Assembly: GCA_030704615.1 (NCBI GenBank) | Contig: CM060732.1 | Span: forward strand, 11,966,001-12,030,000 | Length of the DNA: 64,000 nucleotides | Direction of reading: 5' to 3' | Origin: Takakia lepidozioides | Taxonomy: Eukaryota; Plantae; Bryophyta | Shown here: positions 61,548 through 64,000 of the stretch, piece by piece | Position numbering within the stretch: position 1 is the stretch's first letter | Layout: every line of letters starts with the position of its first letter | Notes under the pieces: generated by a model | The model's input: only the letters and a program-made list of their open reading frames with translations | Databases searched by the model: none | Told to the model about the DNA's origin: nothing | Program-made: the position numbers and the translations under genes

Positions 61548-62537
61548 AACCTGCCAGCACTGAGCGAGCATACCAGTGTTGGTCGGTTATCAAGGACCCA
61601 CCCGGTTAACTACGGGTTATTTGCCGGGTAAGGGGAATGCTTGCGCGTGAGCCTGGCCTGTGAGCCTGTGAGCCTGGCTAGGCTCACGCCACATCAGCAA
61701 GCATCCACGTGTTCAGGCCCTAATTCCGTGCTCCCCCCCCCTATTACCGCGGTTCCGTGCTCTCACCCCTATTACCGTGCTCCCCCCCCCCCCTTTTACC
61801 TATGTCCGTGCTTCCCCCCCCCCCCTATGTCCTAATTTTCTATCCCTCTTTACTGCCCCCACATGAATATTCCTTGTGGCCGAGAACAATGGCAGGTTTG
61901 CGGTTGAATTTTGTGGGAGATCCTGACTTTGGAATGAGGAGATCGCCCACTACAGAACTGAATCTGAAAAGAAAAAATGTTTTTTTGGCAAAGCAGTACA
62001 TTCACTCCAACACACAAACATTTTTCAATTCCGCACTCCGAAGAAATACCGTAGGCAATCCCTAACTGTACTTACGGGAACGCGCAGAGAACTTGAAAAA
62101 CAGTATGGGATGGAAGCAAAGCCAAAACACAATTTATTCAGCCTCAGTACTTGAACCGTCAAGAAATATTGGAGGTTTCAGAGGAACCACTGCCAGAGTT
62201 AATAGCAATATCATCTATGAATACAGCAGCACATACATGACGTTTTTTTTTTCCACGACCTTTATGGAGATGCGAATACAGTGTTTGTTCGGATAACACC
62301 CGTGCGCAAGCTTCCGCGTAAACCGGCAAGCGGTTGGATCTAGGGGGACTCGGGGACATGTAGTATCCTTGGAATCCGAAAGGTGTCTGCTGATTCAATG
62401 ACTGGTGCAGAACTCTGGAAAGGAACAAGAGAAATGGTGGCAGATGTTAACATCCAGATATAGACAATGTTACGCAATTTTTTCGAATGGGAACGACACA
62501 AGGAAATGCCACATATTTTGAACGACTACAGAAGAAC

Positions 62538-64000
62538 TTACTCACACTCAAAATCGGAGTCAACGTCCAGATCCTCGTCAGGCGCTTCGGGCTCCTCCAG
62601 AAGTCCCTCTTTGGATGGGGTAGAAGTAGTGTCCGACTCAAGCTGACGAAGCTCGCTCGAGAAGAGCTCCGTATCAGCTTCCATGCCGAAGAAGTGCCTT
62701 CCGGCGCTCTTGCAAGCATGAAAACATGCTCCTGCAAATCCAAGAAGAACGAGAAATGAAAACAGGGTTTCCCTAAGGTTACTGCCCATATGTCAATCAC
62801 AATGTAAAGTGCCCCACCTGTGCCCATAGACAAGTCGACCACTCGTCCACCATGACGGCTGCATGTCTCCACCAAAGTCTGCATGAAAGCTGGAGATTTC
62901 TCCCGTGCACCTCTCCAAGGGACACCAATCGACCTTTTCATAGTTCGACCCGAGTCCACGTAATTGAAGAGAACATCATCCTCCATAGGCTCGCAGGTGG
63001 GGTCAATATGAGCTGCAAGGTCCCTCATCTGGAACTCAGCAACACCAGGAGGAAGAGTGTCCTTCCGCCTCACCAGGCACAAAGCTTCGAACACCCGTGT
63101 CTGTCAACAATGAGGAAGAGAGCATGAGACAGAAGGCATAACCCAGCATTTTTATTTACCGAAAAAACAACGAAACATGAATTGAAAGGAACCAACTCAC
63201 TTTCTGCCCCGGGAACTCGCCCTTCGTAAGAGGCAGAGTATTGATGCATGTCCAAGTTTTGATGACACGAAACCCGGAGGCTTTCATGTAGCTGAAAAGA
63301 GTTCTTCGAGCCGACATGTCCTTTGACTGCATGAGAAGAAGAGCCCCCGAGTCCGAAAGGAATTTGTTGCTGAACGAGAAAGCCCACTGCCAATAACGAG
63401 AATCCGATTTGTTCCAAGTCGGGGTCGAATTGGAAGGGAACACATCAGGGACGGGATAACCGTCAGGAATGTCCAGCACCACAAGGTCAGTCGCGTATGC
63501 CTGCTGAACTCCATTCACCCATTCCGGTTTTTTTGTCACCTACAGGGAAAAACAGGAGACAGTGTAAGAAGCCCAATCCAAATCGAGCAGGAGATCAATC
63601 CCCTGGAAAAGCCACAACAAGATGCCAAAACACAATTATTCATACAACAGTTTAGACACAAGTGTTTACCTGAGTGAGGAACGAAACAAGCATGTCCCAT
63701 GATTTCGAGGGCACCCCTTTGAATGTGGACTTCCTGGACTCCATCATTGCAAGAAAACTTTCATTCAGCACCCTACGATTGAACTGGCCCAAAACCCTGG
63801 AGGGATGTTCTCTCGCCTCGTAAGGCTGCTCCCTCGACTTTGATGTTCTCCTATCCCTCCTTGCGGGAGAAGGCTCTCTGACAGGAACCTCTGACGGTCC
63901 CTGTCCTTGCGGAGCTGCACTTTTCCCCTTCCCCTTAGGATCCCCGACAGTCTTCCCCTTTCGTTTTGGAGTGGCAGTTCTCTCGGGCTCTTTTGCAGCC
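62538..64000 (-). CDS. Beta-class N4/N6 DNA methyltransferase-like protein, 3' part. Exons >64000-63670, 63539-63201, 63100-62818, 62731-62538
   Basis: GT-AG introns with consistent phases and no stops. TDLVVLDIPD (motif IV position), FLSDSGALLL, and EKSPAFMQTLVETCSRHGGRVVDLSMGTGACFHACKSAGRHFFGME (motifs X-I-II). Confidence 0.75.

Noticed and set aside
1-64000. tRNA or rRNA genes
   Set aside because: None recognised; the only tRNA-related sequence is the short PBS.

Overview
Eukaryotic, transposon-rich DNA, most likely from a seed-free land plant (inferred from a PPP4R4/CFAP14-type gene, plant-type CACTA and Gypsy elements, and GT-AG introns). 1-14011 holds the last seven coding exons of a PPP4R4-like HEAT-repeat gene (+), whose introns are packed with antisense RTEX-like LINE copies with (CATTT)n tails. 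17166-40708 is a degenerate Gypsy LTR retrotransposon (extra 5' ORF, gag, PR-dUTPase-RT-RH-INT). Its terminal repeats are split/permuted (B...A-ga-B-A), as expected if a 2-LTR circle integrated at a site inside the LTR. Its gag is interrupted by a 14.7-kb CACTA element (20973-35678; 19-bp TIRs, CCT TSD) with divergent transposase and TnpA-like genes, an FCP1/SCP (NIF) phosphatase-like domain, captured RPL27 fragments and a tail-less LINE fragment. About 42350-54400 is a Sola1-like DNA transposon relic. It carries a divergent multi-exon gene (ParB/Srx-like, degenerate N4/N6-methyltransferase-like, two NIF domains), an ORF with Pol II CTD-like repeats, and seven dispersed copies of a 24-bp palindrome. 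54500-61550 has telomere-like tandem repeats and a MITE-like pair. 62538-64000 is the 3' part of an apparently intact spliced beta-class N4/N6 DNA methyltransferase-like gene. All family calls come from motif recognition by eye; no searches were run.
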